A DNA stretch of 42,571 nucleotides from Octopus bimaculoides (Eukaryota). Position numbers and translations under genes: made by a program. Shown in pieces: positions 10,626-21,722 of the stretch. Where the stretch lies: positions 140,322,937-140,365,507 of the forward strand of contig NC_068984.1 in the NCBI RefSeq assembly GCF_001194135.2. Reading direction: 5' to 3'. Numbering within the stretch: the first letter of the stretch is position 1; each line of letters opens with the position of its first letter. Under the pieces are notes generated by a model. It was not told the origin of the DNA. It saw only the letters and a list, made by a program, of their open reading frames with translations, and ran no database searches.

Positions 10626-10862
10626 TAGGGTGGCCCAAAAGTCACTAGACCATTTCAAAATATAATAACCCTTTTATTTATTAAATATTCACATTTATTA
10701 TTTTCCTTTTTTATAAATAATAAATCTTGGAAAACTTTTTAATTAATTTTCAAAAATTACGTCCTTCAAACGGTCACCATTTTGTTCTAGACAACTGAAA
10801 GAATAAATTTTTTTAAATGTTATTACATCTTGAAATGGTCTAGTGACTTTTGGGCCACCTTC
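10626..10862 (-). mobile_element. Internally deleted Tc1/mariner element that retains the transposase C-terminus
   Basis: TIRs GGGTGGCCCAAAAGTCACTAGACCATTTCAA / TTGAAATGGTCTAGTGACTTTTGGGCCACCT, with TA on the left. Minus strand 10793-10743 translates CLEQNGDRLKDVIFEN*, like the C-x3-NG-x-HL-x-DVIF ending of mariner-type transposases. Confidence 0.75.
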
Positions 10863-11307
10863 AATTTGTCTTGTTTAATAATTGAATGTTTATCCTAAGG
10901 AGGTGATTTGATGAACTTTCAGCAAATATTTTAGAATTGTAGAAAGTTGTATTGAGTGGAGTTTACATAGACAAAATATCGACAGCACTTAATAAATGAA
11001 AAAGTAATGTATTTTAAAATACCAATAGAAATGCTGAAACGCTGATAGGTGTGTGCATGGAAGGATAAACATTCAAGAACATCTGAGAATTAACAAACGA
11101 TACCACTCCTCTCTCTATCACATCAAAATGGTTGTATCAATATCTCAACACTGAAATTCTTTACAAAGACGCAATACTCAACAATACGGTTATTCAGCAA
11201 ACTTTTGACTCGAAAATCACGAATCTTTTTAGCTGAAACCTTGGTAATTTTCTTGACATTATGTTTCCCCCAAATGAGAAAAGGTTTCATTATAAGAAAT
11301 GCTGCAA

Positions 11308-11327
11308 TTTGAATCCGTCTCACGAGA
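11308..11327 (+). pseudogene. 20-bp remnant of a tRNA-Tyr 3' end
   Basis: TTTGAATCCGTCTCACGAGA versus TTCGAATCCGTCTCGCGAGA: 18/20, both changes CpG transitions, followed by a T-run. Confidence 0.6.
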
Positions 11328-11718
11328 AGTATTTTTTGCTTGCTTCAGTCATTGGACTGCGGCCATGCTAGAGCACCGCTTTGAAGGGTTTTAATCAAAC
11401 AAATCAATCCCAGAGGTTTTTTAAATTTTATTTTAAAGAAAAATGTCTGATATTTTATCGTTTTCTTCCACTAGACCGCTGTATTTTTCCCCCTTATTCT
11501 TTTGTTATTACATGATGTGAATTGCAAATCACAAAATCAAAATCGCCCTCCGTCGACCAACATTTTTATTTTCATGTTTAAAATATACGACTCTTCAATT
11601 ACAGGTGTGAACACTTAACACAATTTTATTTACCTTTAAACCTTTAACAAGACATTCTCTCTCTCTCTCTCTCTCTCTCATTTGTCCCACTCCGCTATTT
11701 AGGTTTCCATGTACGTCT

Positions 11719-11946
11719 TATTTCTTTACTGCCCACAACGGGCTACACACAGAGGGGACAAACAAGGACAGACAAACGGATTAAGTCGATTATATCGACC
11801 CCAGTGCGTAACTGGTACTTATTTAATCGACCCCGAAAGGATGAAAGGCAAAGTCGACCTCGGCGGAATTTGAACTCAGAACGTAGCGGCAGACGAAATA
11901 CCGCTAAGCATTTCGCCCGGCGTGCTAACGATTCTGCCAGCTCACC
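11719..11946 (-). mobile_element. SINE family B, full length, with 16-bp TSD
   Basis: TSD GTTTCCATGTACGTCT (11703-11718) / GTTTTCATGTACGTCT (11947-11962), one mismatch. Confidence 0.9.
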
Positions 11947-12086
11947 GTTTTCATGTACGTCTGTTAGTTGGTGAACCCTTAAACATGTATAAATTTCAAT
12001 TGCATGATATAATTAGTGCCTACCTCTGTGTTAATACACGCCTATCCCTGTGGAATACGTGGTTGGCGATGTATGAATATCAAAAA

Positions 12087-12159
12087 TAGCAGATTGTAGT
12101 TTCGGCCTATGGACTTCCGGATCATGGTCCCAGCGCAGCTTCTACTGCGCCACTCTGTT
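12087..12159 (-). pseudogene. tRNA-iMet(CAT): Degenerate full-length initiator tRNA-Met(CAT) gene
   Basis: Minus strand AACAGAGTGGCGCAGTAGAAGCTGCGCTGGGACCATGATCCGGAAGTCCATAGGCCGAAACTACAATCTGCTA then TTTTT. It matches the metazoan iMet layout (AGCAGAGTGGCGCAG...CAT...GATCGAAAC...CTCTGCTA) but has mismatches in several stems and an altered B-box. Confidence 0.8.
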
Positions 12160-12703
12160 CAGCCAATGCTTACATATAATGTATCATTTCTAATATTTTC
12201 TGTTCTGGGTTATATCACTTCTATTGCATCATCCATCATATGTCATTTATTATTCATTTTATATATTTCTATGTATTGAACTGTCTCAAGTGTAGAAAGC
12301 ATAGTAAATACACAATTCCTGCTGCAGCAATGGGATATTAATTTACGAACTGAAAAGGCGACATTTTACCCTGCCGATACACCGACCTTCGCATCTGACA
12401 AACCATACGCATAAATCTATGCATTGCAAACTTTTCTGGATGTCAATTATGTCAATTCATTCGCCATTGTCTGATCAACCAGACGCAAATCAATTCTGTA
12501 AATGTTTCCGCAGCGCAGCATAGCAAGCGAGTTTGCTAGTTGTGTTTTCTTATGAGGATTGAATAAAATATGCACGAGTAATTATAATAAACAAAATAAT
12601 TGTCTGCATTCGTAGATATTGACCAAATACAACAAATAATCTGGAAATTAAGAAGCAGGTATGTACTGTTCTCCACCCGGAGAACGATTCCATCGTCGGT
12701 CTG

Positions 12704-12704
<1 letters not shown>

Positions 12705-12778
<74 letters not shown>
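12705..12778. repeat. (GT)n microsatellite
   Basis: Directly visible. Confidence 0.97.
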
Positions 12779-12780
<2 letters not shown>

Positions 12781-12862
12781 CTGTAAATATAAAATGTATA
12801 AAGTCCAAGAGAAGATTGTATCTATTCAGTCTTAAGGCCTATTTGACAGGTTTGCAATTGTT

Positions 12863-12955
12863 CTCGCGATAGCTCAGTTGGTAGAGCGGAGGACTGTAGT
12901 AGTAACTGAAAAATCTGACATCCTTAGGTCGGTGGTTCGAATCCGTCTCGCGAGA
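12863..12955 (+). tRNA. tRNA-Tyr(GTA): tRNA-Tyr(GTA) gene 7; intron 12900-12919 (TAGTAACTGAAAAATCTGAC)
   Basis: Full cloverleaf, GGTGG variant, T-run at 12963. Confidence 0.97.
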
Positions 12956-13134
12956 GTAAGGCTTTTTTCATTTTTTTTTTTTTTTACTCAGTATTTTGGT
13001 TCGTAAACTTTTCTCAAACAGCCGAGCCGTGGAGCATTATATATAATACATACGTGCTGGTTGAGAAAGAGAATAAATATTATTTTGTTGTATATCGGGA
13101 GGTTCATTATGCCAATAATAGACACACGCACTAA

Positions 13135-13224
13135 GGCGCCGAGCTGGCAGAAACGTTAGCACGCTGGGCGAAATGCTTAGCGGTATTTCGTCTGTCGTTA
13201 CGTTCTGAGTTCAAATTCCGCCGA
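13135..13224 (+). mobile_element. SINE family B, head fragment
   Basis: GGCGCCGAGCTGGCAGAAACGTTAGC...GAGTTCAAATTCCGCCGA. Confidence 0.85.
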
Positions 13225-13441
13225 TAGCCATAGAACGATAGACATCGATATTTCAATATCGTTTTAGCTCTCGTCAGTATCGCATATTCGACTCGTCACG
13301 AAACGAAATGAATCGCTGGTCTGAGACACATATGCAAATAATGCAAAGTCTAATTTGTACCCACCCCTGTAGGAATATATACAAGTATATCAGTGGCGAT
13401 ATATAAAATATCAAAAATAATATCCATTTCTTCGCAAAGTA

Positions 13442-13502
13442 TCGTTTTGCCCTACGGACCTCTGCGTCAAGAACCCACACGCTTTCTCTGTGCCACTCTG
13501 CT
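13442..13502 (-). pseudogene. tRNA-iMet: Heavily decayed initiator tRNA-Met pseudogene; anticodon lost
   Basis: Minus strand AGCAGAGTGGCACAGAGAAAGCGTGTGGGTTCTTGACGCAGAGGTCCGTAGGGCAAAACGA. It shares its ~350-bp 5' flank with the copy at 12087-12159. Confidence 0.7.
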
Positions 13503-13934
13503 CAGCCAATGCTTACATATAATGTATCAGTCCTTATATTGTCTGTTCTGGGTTACATCACTTCTATTACATCATCCATCATATGTTATTTATTATTTAT
13601 TTTATTTATTTCTATGCATTGGACTGCTTCAGATGTACGAAATAATATAACAACACAAACCCTAATGCAGCACTGGGATGTTTATTAACTGACTGAAAAG
13701 GCGACATTTTACTCTGCCGATACTCCGACATTCACATTTGACAAACCGTAGATATAGATCGATTCGTCGCAAATTTTTCCGGGTGTTTCTTCATTTGCCA
13801 TTTTCAGATCGACAAAAACCAATCAATTCCAGCGAAGCATAGCAAGCGAATTTGCTGGTTGGGAAGGGGGGGGTCTGGCTTTTTTTTTGTGAAAACTGAA
13901 TAAAATATAATTGCGTAATTACAATGAGCAAATA

Positions 13935-14333
13935 GGTGCAGACCGTGGCTGTGCGATAAAAAGCTTACTTCCCAACCTCATAGTTCCAGGTTCAGTCCCA
14001 CTGCGTGTCACTTTGGACCGGTGTCTACTACTATAGCTTCGGACCTATCAAAGCCTTGTGAATGGATTTGGTAGACGGAAACTGAAAGAAGCACGTCATA
14101 CATATGTATGTGTATGTGTCTATGTTTGTCTCCTCCACCACCCCAGCTTGACAACCGATGCTGGTGTGTTTACGTCCCCGTAACTTAGCGGTTCGGCAAA
14201 ATAGACCGATAGAATAAGTACTAGGCTTACAAAGAATAAGCTCTGGGGTCGATTTGCTCGACTATAAAGGCGGTGCTCCAGCATGGCCGCAGTCAAATGA
14301 CTGAAACAAGTAAAAGAGTAAAAGAGTAAAGAG
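13935..14333 (+). mobile_element. SINE family A, full length, inserted into the second iMet-Tyr duplication unit
   Basis: Head to (GTAAAAGA)n tail; absent from the homologous first unit. Confidence 0.9.
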
Positions 14334-14640
14334 TATTAAGAAGTAGGTACGTACTGTGCTCTACCTTGCGTACCTTAGCCACAATTTCTTTGACTGTCTG
14401 TATGGGTGTGCGTGTATGAGTGTGTGTGTGTGTGTGTGTGTGTGTGTTAATGTATGCATATGTGATTGTATGTCGTCTGTAAATGAAACAAAACGTTTCG
14501 TGTCGTTCAATAAGTCTTGTCAGTCCTGTATAAAATAGACGCGCGGTTAATTAATGCTAATTAGTAGAAAATGAGTAATATTCAAGATTGGATTGCGCCA
14601 ATTCAGGTCTTAGTATTTATTTGACAGGTTGGTAAGTGTT

Positions 14641-14733
14641 CTCGCGATAGCTCAGTTGGTAGAGCGGAGGACTGTAGTCTGACTTTAAATGCCTGTTATC
14701 CTTAGGTCGGTGGTTCGAATCCGTCTCGCGAGA
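14641..14733 (+). tRNA. tRNA-Tyr(GTA): tRNA-Tyr(GTA) gene 8; intron 14678-14697 (TCTGACTTTAAATGCCTGTT)
   Basis: Full cloverleaf, GGTGG variant, downstream T-run. Confidence 0.97.
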
Positions 14734-15559
14734 TTCTTTTTATTTTGTTTTCTTTGGCGGATTCTTTCCTTTTCTTTTTCTTTNNNNNNNNNNNNNNNNN
14801 NNNNNNNNNNNNNNNNNNNNNNNNNNNNNNNNNNNNNNNNNNNNNNNNNNNNNNNNNNNNNNNNNNNNNNNNNNNNNNNNNNNNNNNNNNNNNNNNNNNN
14901 NNNNNNNNNNNNNNNNNNNNNNNNNNNNNNNNNNNNNNNNNNNNNNNNNNNNNNNNNNNNNNNNNNNNNNNNNNNNNNNNNNNNNNNNNNNNNNNNNNNN
15001 NNNNNNNNNNNNNNNNNNNNNNNNNNNNNNNNNNNNNNNNNNNNNNNNNNNNNNNNNNNNNNNNNNNNNNNNNNNNNNNNNNNNNNNNNNNNNNNNNNNN
15101 NNNNNNNNNNNNNNNNNNNNNNNNNNNNNNNNNNNNNNNNNNNNNNNNNNNNNNNNNNNNNNNNNNNNNNNNNNNNNNNNNNNNNNNNNNNNNNNNNNNN
15201 NNNNNNNNNNNNNNNNNNNNNNNNNNNNNNNNNNNNNNNNNNNNNNNNNNNNNNNNNNNNNNNNNNNNNNNNNNNNNNNNNNNNNNNNNNNNNNNNNNNN
15301 NNNNNNNNNNNNNNNNNNNNNNNNNNNNNNNNNNNNNNNNNNNNNNNGTACCACCCAAGTACCGAGGTTCGATGTAATCGACTTAACCCTTACCCCGCAA
15401 AACTGCTGGCATTGTGTCAAAATAAGAAAGAATTAGTATTATTAGTCAATTTATTAACTGACCAATCCTTTAATTATTGAAACCAATTATTATTGCTTAT
15501 TATTGGCATAATGGCCCTCCCAAGAATAGCGTAGGACCATAGACAAACTGAAGAAACCC

Positions 15560-16374
15560 CTGAAGTATTGGGACCTAACAGTGATCTCTCTTCCAGCCTG
15601 TAGCATTTGAGACATGGGGCAATCTGCGTTCAGGTACCACTTTCAACTCTCTCCTTGATCAATCTGATCAATTTTCAAGGTGTCGCCTATTTTCAGTTAA
15701 TGCAAAATTCTCAGGGGACTGGGTTGATGCCCTGTCGGTGGCCAATATTGGAAGTCTACTCAGTCTAGATGAACTCCCCATCTCCATCGCACCCAGGGTG
15801 GAAGCTGATCTCTGTAGGAGACTGAAATGCCGCTGTAGTAGGCCCCTCGACCCCACAGGTCTTCACAGTCTGCCTTGCCACCCAAATGCTGGTCGCTCCG
15901 CTCTCTCCACACTGAGCTAAACCTAATCATTAAGCGAGCCCTGGCTCAGATTAATATCCTGTCAGTTCTGGAGCTGTAGGGGTTATCCAGAAGTGATGGA
16001 AAGAGACTAAATGGTCTTACCCTCTGTCCCTGGGTCAGTGCCTCACTTAGGATGCCACAGTCTGCAACGCCTTTGCTCTCTCCCACATCCTGGATGCTGC
16101 AGTTAATGGGAGGGTCACTGCTTCCGTAGCCGAACGAAAGAAAACCTTGAAGTATCGGAACCTGACAGTGAACTATCACTCCCAACCCGTGGCGTTTGAT
16201 ACGTTCAGAGGAACTGGGCCACTAACCACAAAGTTCTTGTCAACGTCGGCAGCTCACCTCACCGAGATGTCAGGTGATGCCCTTAAGGGCGCTTGGCTTT
16301 CCCACCGCCTTAGCGACGCCATCACCTTTGGTAATGTTGCAAGCGCGCTGGCTTGCATCAGCAGGTTCCTTTAA
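15560..16374 (+). mobile_element. 3' part of a CRE-clade-like non-LTR retrotransposon (zinc knuckle plus restriction-like endonuclease); inactivated by stops and frameshifts
   Basis: Stitched translation: SGDWVDALSVANIG...CRCSRPLDPTGLHSLPC...GR / HTELNLIIKRAL...LEL*GLSRSDGKRLNGLTLCPW / LT*DATVCNAFA...AERKKTLKY...PVAFDTFRG...HRLSDAITFGNVAS. This follows the CRE pattern C-C-H-C, RH..LN, DGKRPDG, WD, ETLG, RLS.AIQRGNA. Confidence 0.75.
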
Positions 16375-16391
16375 ACCTTGTGCTGTGCGAC

Positions 16392-16690
16392 CAGCGGCTG
16401 TGATGATAAAAAATTCCCCACTGCTTCCCAACCACATGGTTCCGGGTTCAGTCCAACTGCGTGGCACCTTGGGCAAGTGTCTTCTACTATAGCCTCGGGT
16501 CGACCAAAGCCTTGTGAGCTGATTTGGTAGACGGAAACCGAAAGAAGCCTATGGAAGATAGATAGATACATACATACATACATACATACATACATACATA
16601 CATACATGTATTTGTGTGTCTGTGTTTGTCCCGTCCCCCACTATTGCTTGACAACCGATGCTAGTGTGTTTACGTCCCCCGTATCTAAGC
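16392..16690 (+). mobile_element. SINE family A, 3'-truncated
   Basis: Matches the family A body, with internal (ACAT)n. Confidence 0.85.
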
Positions 16691-16835
16691 AGTTTCTACA
16701 CGATTTCACATCAAGAATTTGGCAATACAAATAGGAAAACGAAATTGAGCAATACTATTTGGTTGTTAGAAAATTATTATTTTTAAATCTCACAACGTGA
16801 GATATTCAGCAACAGTACTTTGGAGTAAAGATTGT

Positions 16836-17123
16836 TTGCCAACATAACATGGCAGTCCTGGTTTAGGACTAATGTGGCTGTAATTTAGCCCCAGGAGACA
16901 TCGTCTCCAGCTGGCTATACGACACGATCTGTGTCATTATATTTTCGAACAAGGGAATCGCGATACACAGATATTGTTTTGAGCTGAGTGGGAGGTGCTA
17001 GATTCTCTTGTTCAAAAATATAAGGACACAGATCGTGTCGTATAGCCAGCTGGAGACGATGTCTCCTGGGCTAAATTACAGCAACATTAGTCCTAAACCA
17101 GGACTGCCATGTTATGTTGGCAA
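16836..17123. repeat. Long inverted repeat / fold-back: 124-bp and 123-bp arms, 41-nt spacer
   Basis: Arms 16836-16959 and 17001-17123 differ at only 5 positions (4 substitutions, 1 indel). Confidence 0.92.
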
Positions 17124-17495
17124 GCTATCTTTAATATCTGGTTGTTGTCTGTTGTTTCACTCAACGACGGGAGTGAGCAGCCGCTGGTTTGCCCGCATAT
17201 TTTATTTGAAAAACAGGCATTCAGCGTGTGCCTGCCGAGCACTGCCCGATGGTGTGGGCAGGACATTGGTAAGTTTCAAAAGATTTTTTTCTCCCTAGAA
17301 GTACATTTCCAAAATCGGGATGAGCCTTCCATAATTTGACGTCTGCTGTGCTGCAAAATACGGTACTTCCGCCTCAAGCGTATAGCGTACATTTGTAAAC
17401 AAACACGAAAGTCCGCGCTGATTGTATATGAGAAAGTAAATAGTAACTGTGTCAAAACTATTTATGAATATAACATGTAACATGAGAAAAACATG

Positions 17496-17563
<68 letters not shown>

Positions 17564-18249
17564 NNNNNNNNNNNNNNNNNNNNNNNNNNNNNNNNNNNNN
17601 NNNNNNNNNNNNNNNNNNNNNNNNNNNNNNNNNNNNNNNNNNNNNNNNNNNNNNNNNNNNNNNNNNNNNNNNNNNNNNNNNNNNNNNNNNNNNNNNNNNN
17701 NNNNNNNNNNNNNNNNNNNNNNNNNNNNNNNNNNNNNNNNNNNNNNNNNNNNNNNNNNNNNNNNNNNNNNNNNNNNNNNNNNNNNNNNNNNNNNNNNNNN
17801 NNNNNNNNNNNNNNNNNNNNNNNNNNNNNNNNNNNNNNNNNNNNNNNNNNNNNNNNNNNNNNNNNNNNNNNNNNNNNNNNNNNNNNNNNNNNNNNNNNNN
17901 NNNNNNNNNNNNNNNNNNNNNNNNNNNNNNNNNNNNNNNNNNNNNNNNNNNNNNNNNNNNNNNNNNNNNNNNNNNNNNNNNNNNNNNNNNNNNNNNNNNN
18001 NNNNNNNNNNNNNNNNNNNNNNNNNNNNNNNNNNNNNNNNNNNNNNNNNNNNNNNNNNNNNNNNNNNNNNNNNNNNNNNNNNNNNNNNNNNNNNNNNNNN
18101 NNNNNNNNNNNNNNNNNNNNNNNNNNNNNNNNNNNNNNNNNNNNNNNNNNNNNNNNNNNNNNNNNNNNNNNNNNNNNNNNNNNNNNNNNNNNNNNNNNNN
18201 NNNNNNNNNNNNNNNNNNNNNNNNNNNNNNNNNNNNNNNNNNNNNNNNN

Positions 18250-18305
<56 letters not shown>

Positions 18306-19979
18306 GTCTAGTTTCCTTTCTTTTCTAATTCTTCCGTTCACCGTTTTCCTCTCTCTCTTTGTCTCCCTCCCTCACTCTTATTCTGTCTCTCTCTCCCTTG
18401 TATTCCTCATTTCGTCTGTTTCTCTCCCTATTTGTTTTGTTATCCAAACACTTCTATTTTCCCCTCTTCTTTCACTCTCACTTCTTCCTTCTCGCTTTCC
18501 CTCCTACTCTCCCTCCCACTCTCCCTTTCTCTATCAGTCCCTCCTCCTTCCACCACCAATAAAATATCTTTTCCCTCCATCCTTACATCTAATGATGCAA
18601 CATTTATTTCTCACTAACGCAGAACGCATTCGCCTCTCTATATATATATGTTCGGTGTTAGCTTGATGGCGAAGACTTAATCTCAACCGTGCCCATCCCA
18701 CCAATTTATATAACAAGGACAACATTGTCCAATGAGTCCCTTTTTTAAGACAATCTAGTTTGATTCTATAGAGCTGCTATTTCTAGCGGTATACCTACAC
18801 AAGAGTGCCCCTCACCTGAAATTTGCTTCCTCGTAACTTACTGAAAAACAGATATTTTTTAATAAAATTTTCCACAGATACGTTTCAGATGGTGTAGACA
18901 ACAATTATATTGGAATTTGATGTGGAAAATAAAGGGGGGGGGGAGTAATACATACACTTCCTCAAAACGTATGAGGAAAAAAAATCAAAAAAAGTCAAGG
19001 TGCGTGAAATACTCAAGTGATTCTCTCTCTCTCTCCCATCTCAATCAAATTCCGACATAATCGTAATCTACATTATCTGAAATGTATTTTCAAACAAAAT
19101 TAATTTAAAATATTCAGTTTTCAGAATTATATATATATATATATAATACAAAGAATATATATACATGTATACACACACATATGTACATACTTACATCTAC
19201 ATGTGTATATATATGCATATCAGGGTACAGGACGTTAGACCAATGAACTACAGACAACGGAACGAACACAGGAAAACGGAAAGCCACTTGGAATATTCCT
19301 TCATCAGCTGTCTCTATTCTAACCTGACGTTTCGAAGATAAAACAGAACGTACTCTAGAATAGTCTCTTCCTGAGTAGTGGATCAACCCACTACACAGAG
19401 GATTCCAAGGTGGCAAACACAAACCAAGACAGGAAAAATTGGACAGTGAAAACAACATTCAAAAGCCGTACGGCCAAACGCCAATCTGAGGTAGAANNNN
19501 NNNNNNNNNNNNNNNNNNNNNNNNNNNNNNNNNNNNNNNNNNNNNNNNNNNNNNNNNNNNNNNNNNNNNNNNNNNNNNNNNNNNNNNNNNNNNNNNNNNN
19601 NNNNNNNNNNNNNNNNNNNNNNNNNNNNNNNNNNNNNNNNNNNNNNNNNNNNNNNNNNNNNNNNNNNNNNNNNNNNNNNNNNNNNNNNNNNNNNNNNNNN
19701 NNNNNNNNNNNNNNNNNNNNNNNNNNNNNNNNNNNNNNNNNNNNNNNNNNNNNNNNNNNNNNNNNNNNNNNNNNNNNNNNNNNNNNNNNNNNNNNNNNNN
19801 NNNNNNNNNNNNNNNNNNNNNNNNNNNNNNNNNNNNNNNNNNNNNNNNNNNNNNNNNNNNNNNNNNNNNNNNNNNNNNNNNNNNCCCGTTTTCGGATACG
19901 TAGATTGCCAAACATCGACATTTGGAAATTTCGCCGCCCCACTCTATCCTTCTTTACCCCACTTCATTTTTTACCTTTT

Positions 19980-20019
19980 TCCCTAACCCTAACCCTAAAA
20001 CCCGAACCCTAACCCTAAG
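19980..20019. repeat. Short degenerate CCCTAA telomere-like tract, probably part of a transposon
   Basis: CCCTAACCCTAACCCTAAAACCCGAACCCTAACCCTAA. Confidence 0.6.
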
Positions 20020-20224
20020 TAGAAAAATTTTTGTAAATTTTTTTTCAGAATCATAATCTCCGTATTTTTCCGCATATCTTGAAAAACAAATTTTTTTTAA
20101 GTTTTAAAAAATGAAGAAATTAGGGAAGGAGAAGGGTAATTTCAAAATGCCGATTTCTGCCAATTTTTTTTTTTTTTTTTGCAGATTCGTATTCTCCGTA
20201 GCCGGAAACGGGGGTTTTGTTCTT

Positions 20225-20374
20225 GTAAAATTATTACGTTGTACCACACGAACGTGTACCAAACTTAGTGGATTGTCAATGATAAATATTGAACATGAAC
20301 TTGGCTCTCAGCTTGATTATTCTGAACTGATCGATAATTTCGCGAAGCGAAAAGTGTACCGTGTTTGTCTTTGA
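20225..20374 (+). pseudogene. hAT transposase C-terminal (dimerisation domain) remnant
   Basis: In ORF 20111-20374, KLSGLSMINIEHELGSQLDYSELIDNFAKRKVYRV resembles the hAT motif RLSGLA.LSIE.E....LDY..II..FA..K.R. Confidence 0.65.
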
Positions 20375-20478
20375 AAGTTGCCTGGATTATAAAAGTGCTC
20401 TTTTATTCATATCTGGTAGTTTTACTTATTGAAATTTGTAATAGACCCCCATACTTTGTATATATATGTATATATATA

Positions 20479-20810
20479 GGCGCAGGAGTGGGTGTGTGGT
20501 AAGTAGCTTGCTTACCAACCACATGGTTCTGGGTTCATTCCCACTGCGTGGCACCTTAGGCAAGTGTCTTCTACTATCGCCTCGGGCCGACCAAAGCCTT
20601 GTGAGTGGATTTGGTAGACGGAAACTGAAAGAAGCCTGTGTCTGTGTTTGCCCCCCACCCCCAACATCGTAAGTTAACGGTTCGGCAAAAGAACCGATAG
20701 AATAAGTACTAGACTTACAAAGAGTAAGTCCTGGGGTCGATTTTCTCGACTAAATGCGGTGCTCCAGCATGACCGCAGTCAAATGACTGAAACAAGTAAG
20801 TAAAAAGAGT
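20479..20810 (+). mobile_element. SINE family A with internal deletion
   Basis: GGCGCAGGAGTGG head and ACTGAAACAAGTAA tail. Confidence 0.88.
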
Positions 20811-21497
20811 ATTATCTGTGTGCTTTTTGTATTTGCCTTCCATTTCCAAGCCACCCCACCTCGTAACACCCGTGTTGGTTGGTTTAGGCCTCTGCAAATT
20901 AGCGGTTCGGCAAAAGACTCCGATGGAATAAGAGCCAGATTTATGGAAACAAAGATAAAAATATAAGGACAGGAGTAGATTTCTTTAACTTAAAACCCTT
21001 CATGGCGGTGCCCCTAGCACAAGTAAATGACAAAATGTATGTGAATGTTATCGCCGTTTCACGTCATACTACAGTTATATTGCAGTTTTGTAGGGGTTTC
21101 CTTTGATTTTTGCTTTTAACCATTCTTGTTAACGCTACTTATCTTTTGTGCTCAAGGACGCTTTGAAAACGTACGACAGCGATTCTTATTTATATCATAT
21201 TGTCCTTAGGTAAAAAGACAATAATGAAATGCAACAACGGAGGAAACCTTATGTTAGTATTTATTTGCTTGCTGGAATTCATTTGCTACGCTTCGTTTAT
21301 CTCCCTCTGTCTATCTTGATCGCTAAATAACAGCAACAAATATCTCGTGCGAAATTATCTCGAATTATACCCTAACCTCATAAAAAAAAAGTACGATGTC
21401 GAATAACACAGCAACCATGTAATTCACGAGTGAAGAACCCTTCTGTGTCGGAGTTGGAGCTCAGCTCGGCCCGCGGAGGTCAAAATTTGAAACCATC

Positions 21498-21722
21498 TAC
21501 TCTACTCTTACTCTTTTCTCTTTTACTTGTTTCAGTCATTTGACTGTGGCCATGCTGGAGCACCGCCTTTAGTCGAGCAAATCGACCCCAGGACTTATTC
21601 TTTGTAAGCCTAGCACTTAGTCTATCGGTCTCTTTGCCGAACCGCTAAGTTACAGGGACGTAAACACACCACCATCGGTTGTCATGCGATGTTGGGGGGG
21701 ACAAACACAGACACACAAACAC
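21498..21722 (-). mobile_element. SINE family A, 3' half, interrupted near the N gap
   Basis: Reverse complement of the family A 3' half. Confidence 0.85.

Noticed and set aside
14480-14530. Minus-strand CTGACAAG...CGAAACGTT hammerhead-like boxes
   Set aside because: The core is mutated and no stem I pairing can be formed.
19980-20019. True or interstitial telomere
   Set aside because: Only a few degenerate units embedded in transposon-like sequence.
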